From Candidatus Methanophagales archaeon (GTDB lineage: Archaea > Halobacteriota > Syntropharchaeia > Alkanophagales > Methanospirareceae), in contig JAPWVK010000094.1 of assembly GCA_029241965.1 (NCBI GenBank), positions 1-43,863 on the forward strand: 43,863 bases of DNA. Direction: 5' to 3'. The position numbers were made by a program, and so were the translations under genes. The notes below the pieces were generated by a model. It made no database searches, was not told the origin of the DNA, and worked only from the letters and a program-made list of their open reading frames with translations. Positions within the stretch are counted from its first letter, which is position 1; every line of letters begins with the position of its first letter. Positions 16,810 to 26,228 of this stretch are shown one piece after another.

Positions 16810-17277
16810 TCATTTCCTCTTTATCAGAATATATGCAACCGCCATTAATCCTATAATTGCAAATACCACCTCGAATCCATCCACACCTTTTTTTTCCGGT
16901 GTTGTCATTGAACTTTGTGTCGGCTTTTTTTCTCCCGTTTTACTTACAGCAAGTTCTCTATGGTCATGAGCCTCAGTACAATTTGGATCCAATTCTACTG
17001 CTGTGTCGAAATCATCTATTGCTCTTCCGTATTGTGCTAAAGCATAATAAGCAAGTCCACGATTATGATAAGCCTCAGCATCCATAGGATCTAATTCTAT
17101 TGCTTTGTCAAAACATTCTGTTGCTTTTTCGTATTCATCCGCCTTTACAAAACTAACACCTTTTTCATTCCACTCTTCCGCGGTTTCCGCATTTACTATC
17201 GGTGCAAAAATAGACACCGCTATCAATGCTACCATAACCATTTGAATTGCTTTTGTTTTCATCTTCTTCGGAAACAA
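16810..17277 (-). CDS. Secreted TPR-repeat protein with a PGF-CTERM-like sorting tail
   Basis: Signal peptide ...IAVSIFAPIVNA|E. Three TPR units (AEEWNEKGVSF..YEKATECFDKAIELDP, AEAYHNRGLAYYALAQYGRAIDDFDTAVELDP). C-terminus GVDGFEVVFAIIGLMAVAYILIKRK resembles the archaeosortase PGF-CTERM signal. Confidence 0.8.
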   Translation of the reverse strand: MFPKKMKTKAIQMVMVALIAVSIFAPIVNAETAEEWNEKGVSFVKADEYEKATECFDKAIELDPMDAEAYHNRGLAYYALAQYGRAIDDFDTAVELDPNCTEAHDHRELAVSKTGEKKPTQSSMTTPEKKGVDGFEVVFAIIGLMAVAYILIKRK

Positions 17278-17350
17278 AAAGGGTGTAATTTACTTTATTT
17301 TGTTATTACTATCTTGATGGATATAAAGTACGAATCTAACTATTTAGGAC

Positions 17351-17375
17351 GCAGATTTACGCAGATTTACGCAGA
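17351..17375. repeat. Tandem 10-mer, 2.5 copies (gcagatttac gcagatttac gcaga), in an intergenic region
   Basis: Read directly from the sequence. Lies between the divergent TPR gene (start 17277, minus strand) and the REC gene (start 17601, plus strand). Confidence 0.7.
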
Positions 17376-17600
17376 AAACTATTTCAAATTATCAAATGCC
17401 TTACGTTTAACTTCCGGTTTAGTTGGATGATTTATCTTGAGAGGAGTATGAAAGGAGGCTTCATGTGTGCAGCATCAGGTTGCTTATAACAAAATTTCAT
17501 GTATTATCTATTTTATTTTACACATATCATAAAAAATGCTGTAGCAGACGGCAAAACTTTTATTTGTCCTTTTAAAATATGATACAATAGGTGATAACGA

Positions 17601-18065
17601 ATGACAAAAGATTTTCAGTCCCGGAATGTGATGCCGGTACGAATTTTGCATGTGGATGACGAGCCGGCACATCTGGAGATAACGAGAATATTTTTGAAGA
17701 GGGCAGCGAAATACGATTTTGAAATTGTCGCTGTGCTTTCCGCAGAGAAAGCGTTGGAGAAGCTTGAAAACGAGTATTTTGACGTTGTCGTTTCTGATTA
17801 TAAAATGCCCGGGATGAACGGGATGGATTTTTTAGAAACGGTGAGGGAAAATATAAACTATGCTGATACTCCTTTTATCTTTTTCTCCGGTACAGGTGGT
17901 CCAGAACTTGTAGAGGAAGCGTTGAAGAAGGGCGCGGAGAGACATATCACGAAGAAGGGAGACCCTTCAACTCAGTGCACTCTATTGGCAGGGGCTATAT
18001 ACGAATTGACACGGGAGAGCTATAAGGAAGTGTGGGAAAGGGCAATAACTACGGCAAAAAACTAA
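17601..18065 (+). CDS. Stand-alone REC (CheY-like) response regulator
   Basis: VRILHVDDE...DVVVSDYKMPGMNGMDFL...PFIFFSGTGG...KKGAERHITKKGDP. No output domain. Confidence 0.85.
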   Translation: MTKDFQSRNVMPVRILHVDDEPAHLEITRIFLKRAAKYDFEIVAVLSAEKALEKLENEYFDVVVSDYKMPGMNGMDFLETVRENINYADTPFIFFSGTGGPELVEEALKKGAERHITKKGDPSTQCTLLAGAIYELTRESYKEVWERAITTAKN

Positions 18066-18079
18066 GTGGGTTTGAACTC

Positions 18080-19003
18080 ATGGAACGCAAGAAAGCGGAG
18101 GAGGAACTGAAAGAATCGCAGCGATACACAAGGGCACTAATTGAAGCCTGTCTGGACCCCTTAGTGACGATTTCCCCGGAGGGTAGGATTACAGACGTGA
18201 ACCATGCAACGGAGTTGGTAACCGGAAATCCCCGGGAGAAGCTCATAGGGTCGGATTTCTCAGGCTACTTCACTGACCCCCAGAAAGCACGTCAGGGCTA
18301 CAAACAGGTATTCAAGGAGGGATATGTCCGTGATTACCCATTGGAAATTGAACACCGAGATGGAAAAGTCACGCCTGTACTTTATAATGCTTCCGTTTAC
18401 TATGACGCGAAAGGAGCTGTAGCCGGGGTGTTTGCCGCTGCCCGAGACATCACGGAGCGTAAGAAGGCGGAAGAATTATTACGAAATGCCGAGGAAGATT
18501 GGCGTAATTCATTCAATGCTTTGGAAGACGTTATGCTGATAATAGACAAAGATCACAATATAGAAAACATAAATGACAGGGGATTGGCACTTATTGGGAA
18601 GAGCAAAGAGGAAGTAATAGGTAAAAAATGTTATGAAATAATACACGGGAAAGAAAAACCTGTTGAAGACTGCCCACATTTAAAATCGTTGAAAACAAAA
18701 AAGGTAGAATCCTTAGACCGATTTGAGAAGGGTGTTGAATGCTATTTTTCTATAAAGAGTTCGCCGATATTTGATGAGCACGGAGAAATAGTTCGATTTG
18801 TTGATTTGTTGAGAGACATCACCGAACACAAGCGTGTGGAGCAGGAACTCAAGCAGAAACACGAGGAACGTAGAAAATTTAACACACTGGCTGTGGGCAG
18901 AGAGTGGAAAATGATTGAATTGAAAGAGGAAATAAACGCCCTTCTTCAGGAATTGGGAAAAGAACCTCGTTATAGAATAGCGGGAGAAAATAAAAAGGGG
19001 TGA
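18080..19003 (+). CDS. Tandem PAS-domain sensor protein lacking a kinase domain
   Basis: Two PAS units (LIEACLDPLVTISPEGRITDVNHATELVTG...ARDITERKKAEE, and WRNSFNALEDVMLIIDKDHNIENINDRGLALIG...LRDITEHKRVEQE). No H-box or ATPase motifs. ATG at 18080 is preferred over the overlapping GTG at 18032. Confidence 0.75.
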   Translation: MERKKAEEELKESQRYTRALIEACLDPLVTISPEGRITDVNHATELVTGNPREKLIGSDFSGYFTDPQKARQGYKQVFKEGYVRDYPLEIEHRDGKVTPVLYNASVYYDAKGAVAGVFAAARDITERKKAEELLRNAEEDWRNSFNALEDVMLIIDKDHNIENINDRGLALIGKSKEEVIGKKCYEIIHGKEKPVEDCPHLKSLKTKKVESLDRFEKGVECYFSIKSSPIFDEHGEIVRFVDLLRDITEHKRVEQELKQKHEERRKFNTLAVGREWKMIELKEEINALLQELGKEPRYRIAGENKKG

Positions 19004-19007
19004 AGAG

Positions 19008-21091
19008 ATGAATATTCAAGCAAAAACTATTGTCCTCGTATTCTCACTTATTTTGATTACTGGTGCGGTTACCACCATAGTTAGCGAAAACATTTCAAGA
19101 AATATGGTTGAAAAAGGGGTTTACAATCATTTAGAGACTACTGTACAATCAAAAGCGCAGCATGTGGATGCATTTTTGGATAAAGAAAAAAAGCTCACAT
19201 TACAGTTATCGCAAAGCGTTGTCATTGAAAGATTATTAAGTTCGAATAAGACGGATAAGGATTATAACGCTAAATTAGATGATGTTATAACGCGATTAAA
19301 GAATTCAGCAAATATCAATCCGGAGATTTATGACATCTTCGTTCTTGATACGAACGGAGTGGTTATCGCGTCAAACATTGAAGAAAGGATCGGTTTAGAT
19401 AGAAGTGATGATCCTTATTTTATTAATGGTAAAAAAGGAGTTTTCATAAAAGACGTCTACTTTTCTAGATTTTTAAATGGTGAAAAGTCACTTGCTATAT
19501 CTGCACCAGTTTTCGGTGATGTAAATAATGCTTTGATAGGTATCGTGGTTATCCGAATTAGATTGGAGACATTAAACGATATATTGACAGACACAACGGG
19601 TTTAGGAGAAACAGGGGAGATATACCTGGTAAACAAAGACGGCGCTAGATAACGCCATCGAGGTTTGTTATAAATGGTACGTTCCTGGGACAAAAAGTGG
19701 ATACGGAAAATGTAAGAAATTGTTTTGAAGAACGTTTTGGTACACAGGAGCACGGATATAAAGCAAGTTTATTCAAGAATTATCTGGGCGAGGATGTTTT
19801 AGGAGTTCACGCACATATACCGGAGATGAACTGGTGCTTGCTGGCAGAAATGGGAGAAGAAGAAGCATTAGCTCCTGTTGCCACTCTAACGCGCATAATG
19901 CTATCAATTCTTGCCGTTATTTCCGTTGTGGGTATATTATTTTCCGTCCTGATATCCCGAACGATAACAAAACCGATTATGAAATTACATCAAGGTACTG
20001 AAGAGATAATGAAAGGGAACCTGGATTATAACGTGGGTACCGGAGCAAGAGATGAGATTGGACAACTGTCAAGGACTTTCAATAGCATGACTGCTAATCT
20101 GAAAAAAACACGAGAAGAGTTGGAAGAGTACAGTAGCGGTCTTGAGGAAAAGGTGAAAGAGAGGACTGAAGAACTGGATAAAGCTAACGAGAGTTTGAAA
20201 GCAGATATTGTCGAACGTAAGGTACTTATCGAAAAGCTTTCAGAAGCTAACGTGACTTTAGAGGAGCGAGGGAAGGCGCTGGAAGAAGTGAGTGGCGCAA
20301 CGCTGAACATTGCTTATGACCTCGATGCGGCACTAATAGAAACGGCGAAGGCAAAGGACGGACTTGATGTGATGACACGAAAACTCGAGCGTTCAAACAA
20401 GGACTTGCAGGATTTCGTTTATATCGTCTCGCATGACTTGAAAGCGCCGGTGCGGAAAGTAACGGCATTTGGTGACCTGCTGAAGGAATCGCTTGAAGGC
20501 CGACTGGATGAAGACGAGCAGGAGAATTTCGAGTTCATGATTGAGGGCGCCACACGGATGCAACAGTTGATTGACGACCTGCTATTATATTCTCGCGTCA
20601 CTACGAAAGTGAAACCTATGACGCGAGTGGATTTGAACGAGGTGATAGAGGACTTTAGGAATGTGGAACTGGCAACACAGCTTGAGGATACCGGTGGCGT
20701 CATCGAGGTTCCTGAATCGTTACCGGCTGTTCACGCAGACGCATCGCAGATGCACCAACTGCTGCAGAACTTGATAGGAAACGGGTTGAAGTATCACCGG
20801 GAGGGAGTTCCACCGGTAATTACTGTTCGCGGTAAACGGGTTGGGAATATGGACCGCATTGAAGTTCAGGACAACGGCATAGGCATCTTGGAAGAGCACT
20901 ATGAGAAAATATTCAAGATGTTCCAGCGACTTCATCCCGGTGACGAGTACGAAGGCACGGGGGTGGGACTTGCAGTTTGCAAACGAATCGTGGAACGGCA
21001 TGGAGGCGAAATCGGTGTCAAGTCCACGCCGGGTGAGGGGTCTGTGTTCTGGTTCACATTACCAGGAGAAGGAAGAGGAGAGAGGGCATAA
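19008..21091 (+). pseudogene. Cache-HAMP-coiled-coil-HisKA-HATPase sensor histidine kinase interrupted by a frameshift near 19641..19651
   Basis: ORF 19008..19652 (TM plus Cache-like domain) ends ...GEIYLVNKDGAR*. A different frame continues immediately after a TAG at 19646..19648 as ITPSRFVINGTFLGQKVDTENVRNCFE..., which is the rest of the Cache fold. That frame goes on to a second TM, HAMP (TITKPIMKLHQGTEEIMKGNLDYNV), H-box FVYIVSHDLKAPVRKV and the G-boxes GTGVGLAVCKRIVERHGGEI. The two pieces make one gene only if a frame shift is assumed. Confidence 0.8.
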
Positions 21092-21132
21092 AAATGCTTT
21101 TTGTCTCCCTTCTCCCGTAAAAAGGAGGCGAT

Positions 21133-21588
21133 ATGAAAAAGATGGAAAAAATAGTTCCTGTAACTGTATTGTTGGTGGAAGATGATCCGAGCGACCAGAA
21201 ACTGGTAAAAGTTTCTTTGAGGAAACAGCGACTTGCAAACGAACTACACATTGTTGGTAGTGGAGAAGAGGCATTGGACTTTTTATACGGGCGTGGTAAG
21301 TATAGCGACGGTGCACCACACCCTGATCTGATTCTACTGGATTTGAATATGCCTGGTATTGGCGGGAAAGAATTTCTACGTCGAATAAAGGAAGATGATG
21401 ATTTGAAAAATATTCCTGTGGTTATCTTAACGACGTCGGATTTGGACACGGACATCCTGGATAGCTACAACCTGCATGCCAGCGGATATGTGAAGAAACC
21501 GGTTGACATGAAAGAATTCAGTGATGTTATGGAAATAATTGGCAAATACTGGTTTGTGCTATGCAAACTACCACTGAAGGAGGACTAA
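21133..21588 (+). CDS. Stand-alone REC response regulator
   Basis: VTVLLVEDDPSD...DLILLDLNMPGIGGKEFL...IPVVILTTS...ASGYVKKP. 41 nt downstream of the kinase. Confidence 0.85.
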   Translation: MKKMEKIVPVTVLLVEDDPSDQKLVKVSLRKQRLANELHIVGSGEEALDFLYGRGKYSDGAPHPDLILLDLNMPGIGGKEFLRRIKEDDDLKNIPVVILTTSDLDTDILDSYNLHASGYVKKPVDMKEFSDVMEIIGKYWFVLCKLPLKED

Positions 21589-21590
21589 AG

Positions 21591-23567
21591 ATGGAGGAAA
21601 AGGAATCGGAAGACGAGCCATTAAAGATTCTCGTTTGCGATGACGATCCAGGATTTCGTAAACTGGTTCGAGCCTATTTGCGTTCGGGTGCGGATAGGGA
21701 ATTCGTGTTGACCGAAGCAGGACGAAAAGAGGAGATACAGGAAGCTCTGGATAAGGGTGGATTTGACCTAATTTTTATGGACATTCTAATGCCCGACAAA
21801 TCAGGCACGGAGTGGCTAATGGAGATTGTCGCACGGCAGTTAGCGCCCGTGGTCATGATTACAGGGTCGGGCAGCGAAGAGCTTGCTGTCCAGTCACTCC
21901 ACGAGGGTGCTATTGACTACATCCCAAAGGACCACCTCACGAGGGATAGATTATGGGGTACCGTAAAAGCAGCACTTGAAACGTGGAAGTTGAAGCAGGC
22001 GGAACGTCTTCAATATGTTCTGTACCAGATTGCGGATGCCGCAAACAGAACTAAAGACCTTGATGAGCTCTTTCAGTCCATTCACAGGTATCTCAGTACC
22101 GTTATAGAAACAACGAATTTCTATATTGCACTTCACGATAGAGAAAAAGATGCGCTGACTATCCCCTATTTTGTAGAGGGAAAAGATAATTTCACTTCGT
22201 TTCGCGAGGGAAAAACGCTTACCACCTATGTAATAAAGAAAGGCGAACCCCTTCTTGCCACCGGGGAGGTCATCGAGGAATTAGTTCAAAGCGGCGAGGT
22301 AGTACTGATAGGAACGCCACCAAAGGTCTGGCTTGGTGCGCCTTTAAAAATAGGAGAGAAAGTTGTAGGTGCTCTGTGCGTGCAGAGTTATGAGAACCCT
22401 TCAATCTATTCTGAAAAGGACCAGGCTATTCTTAAATTTGTGTCAGACCAGATTGCTATTGTAATAGAGCGTAAACGTGCGGAAGAGGAATTGCAAGCGC
22501 TGGAGAAAAATCTGCAAATATTGTTTGATAATGTATTGGATGGCATCCTGACATTGGAATATGATGGAAGAATAATCAATTACAATTCCGTACTTGCGCG
22601 AATGTTCGAGGTAGAACCAACTACCGCGGCAGTGGGAAGAAACGCACTTGAATTTGTACTTCCGGAATTCCACGATCTCGTGATAAAAGATCTTGGCAAT
22701 GTCATGGAGGGCCGGGGCGGATATCTGAACACTTACAAGGTTAGAAGCAAATCAGGGAAGGAATACTGGGTTGAAGGATTGGGAACAGACATAATCTACG
22801 AGGGAAAACAAGTTTGCCTCGTCTCTTTAAGGGACATTACCGAACGGAAACTCGCGGAGGAGGAACGGGAACGCCTCACGAAGGAACTTGAAGCGAAGAA
22901 CACCGAGCTGGAGCGGTTCACGTACACCGTTTCCCACGACTTGAGATCGCCGCTTATCACTATACAGGGTTTCACCGATACACTTCGAGAAGATTTAGAA
23001 CGGAATGAAGAAGAGAACGTGGAACGCGATTTGAAGTATATAGAAACCGCAGCTACGAAAATGGACCTGCTTTTGACTGACACACTGCAACTCTCTCGCA
23101 TAGGGCGTGTGACGAATCCGCTGGAGGATGTGCCGTTTGGTGAGCTCGCTCATGAGGCATTAGAGCAAACAGCCGCGCAGATAAAATCGAGCGGAGTTGA
23201 AGTGTCAGTCGCTGAAGACTTACCTACGGTTCACGTTGACGGGATGAGGATGGTGGAGGTGCTTGTGAACTTGATTGTGAACGGCATAAATTACCGGGGC
23301 GAACAACCGCAGCCAAAAATAGAACTCGGGCATCGTGTAGAGGGCGAAGAAACCGTGTTCTTTGTGAAGGATAATGGGATAGGAATAGACAAGAGCCAGC
23401 ATGAGACGGTCTTCGGGCTTTTCTACACCGGGGATAGTGGTAGCAAAGGTACCGGTGCAGGACTTGCAATCGTGAAGCGGATAATCGAGGTGCACAGAGG
23501 TCGTGTATGGATAGAATCAGAGAAGGGAGAAGGGTGCACGGTTTGTTTTACGTTGCCCCTTTCGTAA
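21591..23567 (+). CDS. Hybrid sensor histidine kinase: REC-GAF-PAS-HisKA-HATPase
   Basis: REC (LKILVCDDDPG...DLIFMDILMPDKSG...VVMITGSGSEE). GAF-like (LDELFQSIHRYLSTVIETTNFYIAL...WLGAPLKIGEKVVGALCVQS). PAS (LQILFDNVLDGILTLEYDGRIINYN...LRDITERKLAEEE). H-box FTYTVSHDLRSPLITI. G-boxes GTGAGLAIVKRIIEVHRGRVW. AAGGAGG lies upstream of the ATG at 21591. Confidence 0.88.
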   Translation: MEEKESEDEPLKILVCDDDPGFRKLVRAYLRSGADREFVLTEAGRKEEIQEALDKGGFDLIFMDILMPDKSGTEWLMEIVARQLAPVVMITGSGSEELAVQSLHEGAIDYIPKDHLTRDRLWGTVKAALETWKLKQAERLQYVLYQIADAANRTKDLDELFQSIHRYLSTVIETTNFYIALHDREKDALTIPYFVEGKDNFTSFREGKTLTTYVIKKGEPLLATGEVIEELVQSGEVVLIGTPPKVWLGAPLKIGEKVVGALCVQSYENPSIYSEKDQAILKFVSDQIAIVIERKRAEEELQALEKNLQILFDNVLDGILTLEYDGRIINYNSVLARMFEVEPTTAAVGRNALEFVLPEFHDLVIKDLGNVMEGRGGYLNTYKVRSKSGKEYWVEGLGTDIIYEGKQVCLVSLRDITERKLAEEERERLTKELEAKNTELERFTYTVSHDLRSPLITIQGFTDTLREDLERNEEENVERDLKYIETAATKMDLLLTDTLQLSRIGRVTNPLEDVPFGELAHEALEQTAAQIKSSGVEVSVAEDLPTVHVDGMRMVEVLVNLIVNGINYRGEQPQPKIELGHRVEGEETVFFVKDNGIGIDKSQHETVFGLFYTGDSGSKGTGAGLAIVKRIIEVHRGRVWIESEKGEGCTVCFTLPLS

Positions 23568-23578
23568 CATAATTTGCT

Positions 23579-24544
23579 TTATTCTTCATCTCCTTCATTA
23601 CCTCCTTCCTCTATTCTACCAATCGCTACATTGTAATACCTTGCGGACACCCCGTAAGAAAATACCATGGCGATTGATAGCCCGATTGCTAAAATAACTA
23701 TGGCTATTGCGGTGATTACTATAACAGACGTAGTTGAAAGAAGATATGGTGGTGGAACTCCTTGCAACGGTAATCTTGGAAATATAAACAAACTAAATAC
23801 TATGATAAATGGAATTGCAAATGTAACGGTGATGACCAGGCCAATAGCAGTTCTGAGGAGCCACATAATAGATATTTGAAATTTATTCTCGGCGAAATGA
23901 TGAAAGCTTGCGGAAATCGCATTGATAGCTCCTCTCTCTCCTAAAATGATATAAGGATAGGTAACAAAAACTGACAGTGCTATCAGAATCGAAAGAATCA
24001 AATTCAACAATCCACCTGCATAAGGGACAATAGATAGACCTGTACCAATTACAGAAGGAATAAGTGCGATTAGAATGCCAGCACACACTAAACTCAACAT
24101 TTTTGTTTTCACAAACCAGGAAATTGACCTATAATTGCCCTTGTTGCCCACGATTCCACTTCTTTTTGGTTTTAACGCCTTTTTTATCGTCCTTTTTCTC
24201 CCGGTTTTGAATTGTTGAACCGCCAGCCAAAAACATTCGGTCAAAGAAATGCGCACCCCTTTTACATCTTCGCCTGCCTGTTTAATAACTATTGCGCCAA
24301 AAAACAGCGTTAATACCCAAGCTATCATTGAAACAAGAAAGATTTCGAGAAAGAACAAAAGAAATCCCAATTTATCAAATGGAACGCCAGAAATGCCCGG
24401 AAGCTTGAAAATGAAGTCCACTACAAGTTTGAAAATAAAAATAGCCGTAAGGATTAAAGCGCCAATCATGGGTAAACTTCTCCTACTAAAGGCATCCTTT
24501 TTAAGTGCTTCAATTACTATTTTTCCATAACTAATTTCAGGCAT
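23579..24544 (-). CDS. Polytopic integral membrane protein of unknown function
   Basis: About 6-7 predicted TM helices with a basic cytoplasmic loop (KTGRKRTIKKALKPKRSG) and an acidic C-terminus (EEGGNEGDEE). ATG at 24544 (MPEISYGK) is preferred. I cannot place it confidently in a family. Confidence 0.55.
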   Translation of the reverse strand: MPEISYGKIVIEALKKDAFSRRSLPMIGALILTAIFIFKLVVDFIFKLPGISGVPFDKLGFLLFFLEIFLVSMIAWVLTLFFGAIVIKQAGEDVKGVRISLTECFWLAVQQFKTGRKRTIKKALKPKRSGIVGNKGNYRSISWFVKTKMLSLVCAGILIALIPSVIGTGLSIVPYAGGLLNLILSILIALSVFVTYPYIILGERGAINAISASFHHFAENKFQISIMWLLRTAIGLVITVTFAIPFIIVFSLFIFPRLPLQGVPPPYLLSTTSVIVITAIAIVILAIGLSIAMVFSYGVSARYYNVAIGRIEEGGNEGDEE

Positions 24545-24655
24545 TATACATTTATTCTTGCTTTTTACCTTCTGGCTGATTAGGCTATGAGGCACACAAA
24601 TGGTAAAAAACCACAAGATTTTGAGCTGTTACGGTGAATATAATGTAATATCCTT

Positions 24656-24937
24656 TCATTCCCCTGTCATCATCCACAGGTCTTTCCTCATAAACACTAA
24701 CCATATCATATTTGTTACAAACGAGCCCACAATCATCGAACAGATAATTATTCCGAGTGGTGTCCAACCAGAAACGGAGATAACGAGAAGATAAAGGATG
24801 AGGAGCAGCTCGCTTAGCCCCACAAGAGCGGCAATCCGCTGTGCAGAAAAGTCATGCCGCATTCTCTGTTTATAAGTCAGTTCCCTTAAGTGGTCAGCCA
24901 CCATATTAAATGCTCTCTCTTTTGTTATTCGGGACAT
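24656..24937 (-). CDS. Small two-TM membrane protein of unknown function
   Basis: Soluble N-terminal helix (MSRITKERAFNMVADHLRELTYKQRMR) followed by two hydrophobic helices. ATG at 24937. Confidence 0.45.
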   Translation of the reverse strand: MSRITKERAFNMVADHLRELTYKQRMRHDFSAQRIAALVGLSELLLILYLLVISVSGWTPLGIIICSMIVGSFVTNMIWLVFMRKDLWMMTGE

Positions 24938-25040
24938 GGTTATCAATATTAAATAAGATAAAAACAGCCATTATTTAAAGCTTTTCTACGCTTGAAAAAA
25001 ATGTACATTTATTTAAAAAACAAATTCTAATGTATTACCA

Positions 25041-25400
25041 ATGAACAATAAAATAGATAGCTTTGCCGGGGAGTATTATCCAAATAAGATGTTTTTTTTT
25101 ACCATTCCTTACTTTGTGCTTAATTTACTTGACTTTATCACCACAAGAATAGCTCTGACAGCCAGCGAGAACCTATACGAACTAAACCCGTTTTATTATC
25201 ACCCATTATTAGCATCCTTGAAATTATTCGCACCGCTTCTTCTACTCGCTTTGTATCTCGATTTATACTATTTTAATAAATCAGCGCAAGGGAAAAGGAT
25301 AATAGGAAAATGTGGATTGTATTGCGTGGTTGCATTGACCGGCTTATATTCAATTATTTGCATTAATAACGTATGCCAAGGGCTCTGGAGTATAGTATAA
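25041..25400 (+). CDS. Small membrane protein, DUF5658-like
   Basis: LNLLDFITTRIALTASENLYELNPFY resembles the D..T......E.NP motif of the DUF5658 family, recalled from memory. 3-4 TM helices. Confidence 0.45.
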   Translation: MNNKIDSFAGEYYPNKMFFFTIPYFVLNLLDFITTRIALTASENLYELNPFYYHPLLASLKLFAPLLLLALYLDLYYFNKSAQGKRIIGKCGLYCVVALTGLYSIICINNVCQGLWSIV

Positions 25401-26228
25401 TTGCACATGTTAAACAGTCTAAGCTCTATACGGATTTTGCACGTGGAAGATGAGGTAGAGCACATCGAGTTAACGAGATATTTCCTGAAGGAGATGGGGG
25501 GAGAGGATTTTAAAATCAATAGCGCACTTTCGGCAGAAGAAGCGTTGGATACGCTTTCGAAGGAGCGTTTTGATATTATTATTTCTGATTACAAGATGCC
25601 GGGGATGGATGGCATAGAATTTTTGGTAGCGTTGAGGAGAACAGGAAACGACACCCCTTTTATTATTTTCACAGGGAAAGGGGAAGAAAAGGTAGCAATG
25701 GACGCCTTGAACAAAGGAGCTAATAGATACATCGTAAAGGGCGCCAACCCTGCCATCCAGTGTGGAGAATTGGCGAACAGTATCCGCGAGATAGTGGAGA
25801 AGAGGAAGATAAGAGAGCTGTTGGAAGAGGTTAAAGAGAGGTATAATAGGGGGCTGGTGGAGGGAATAGTAGAGTTGCCCTGGGAGATGGATATTTTAGC
25901 CCGATTTACTTATTGTGGTCCACAAATAAAAGAGAAAATCGGTTATGAACCCGAGGATGTTTTAAATCGCACATTATTTGATTTCCTTCTTCCAAATGCA
26001 AAAGAAGTGAAAAAAATTAGAACGCTGTTAGAGAATCTTGCACGAGACCCAAAACCCGTAGAAAATATCTCGATGAATGTTTTACACAAAGATGGTTCGA
26101 TTAAAAAGTTTGAAACAAGCGTTGCACCTATTTTTAATAAAGCAGGCAGGCTTGTGGGTTTTAGAGGTATCATGCGAGATATTACCCGGCGAAAAAGAGA
26201 TAAGATGAGGATATGGAAGAAGGAGTGA
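25401..26228 (+). CDS. Response regulator: REC domain fused to a PAS domain
   Basis: IRILHVEDE...DIIISDYKMPGMDGIEFL...PFIIFTGKGEE...KGANRYIVKGANP is followed by a PAS-like region (ILARFTYCGPQIKEKIGYEPEDVLN...KDGSIKKFETSVAPIFNKAGRLVGFRGIMRDITRRK). Start is either TTG 25401 or ATG 25407, and it abuts the stop of the upstream gene. Confidence 0.8.
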   Translation: MHMLNSLSSIRILHVEDEVEHIELTRYFLKEMGGEDFKINSALSAEEALDTLSKERFDIIISDYKMPGMDGIEFLVALRRTGNDTPFIIFTGKGEEKVAMDALNKGANRYIVKGANPAIQCGELANSIREIVEKRKIRELLEEVKERYNRGLVEGIVELPWEMDILARFTYCGPQIKEKIGYEPEDVLNRTLFDFLLPNAKEVKKIRTLLENLARDPKPVENISMNVLHKDGSIKKFETSVAPIFNKAGRLVGFRGIMRDITRRKRDKMRIWKKE

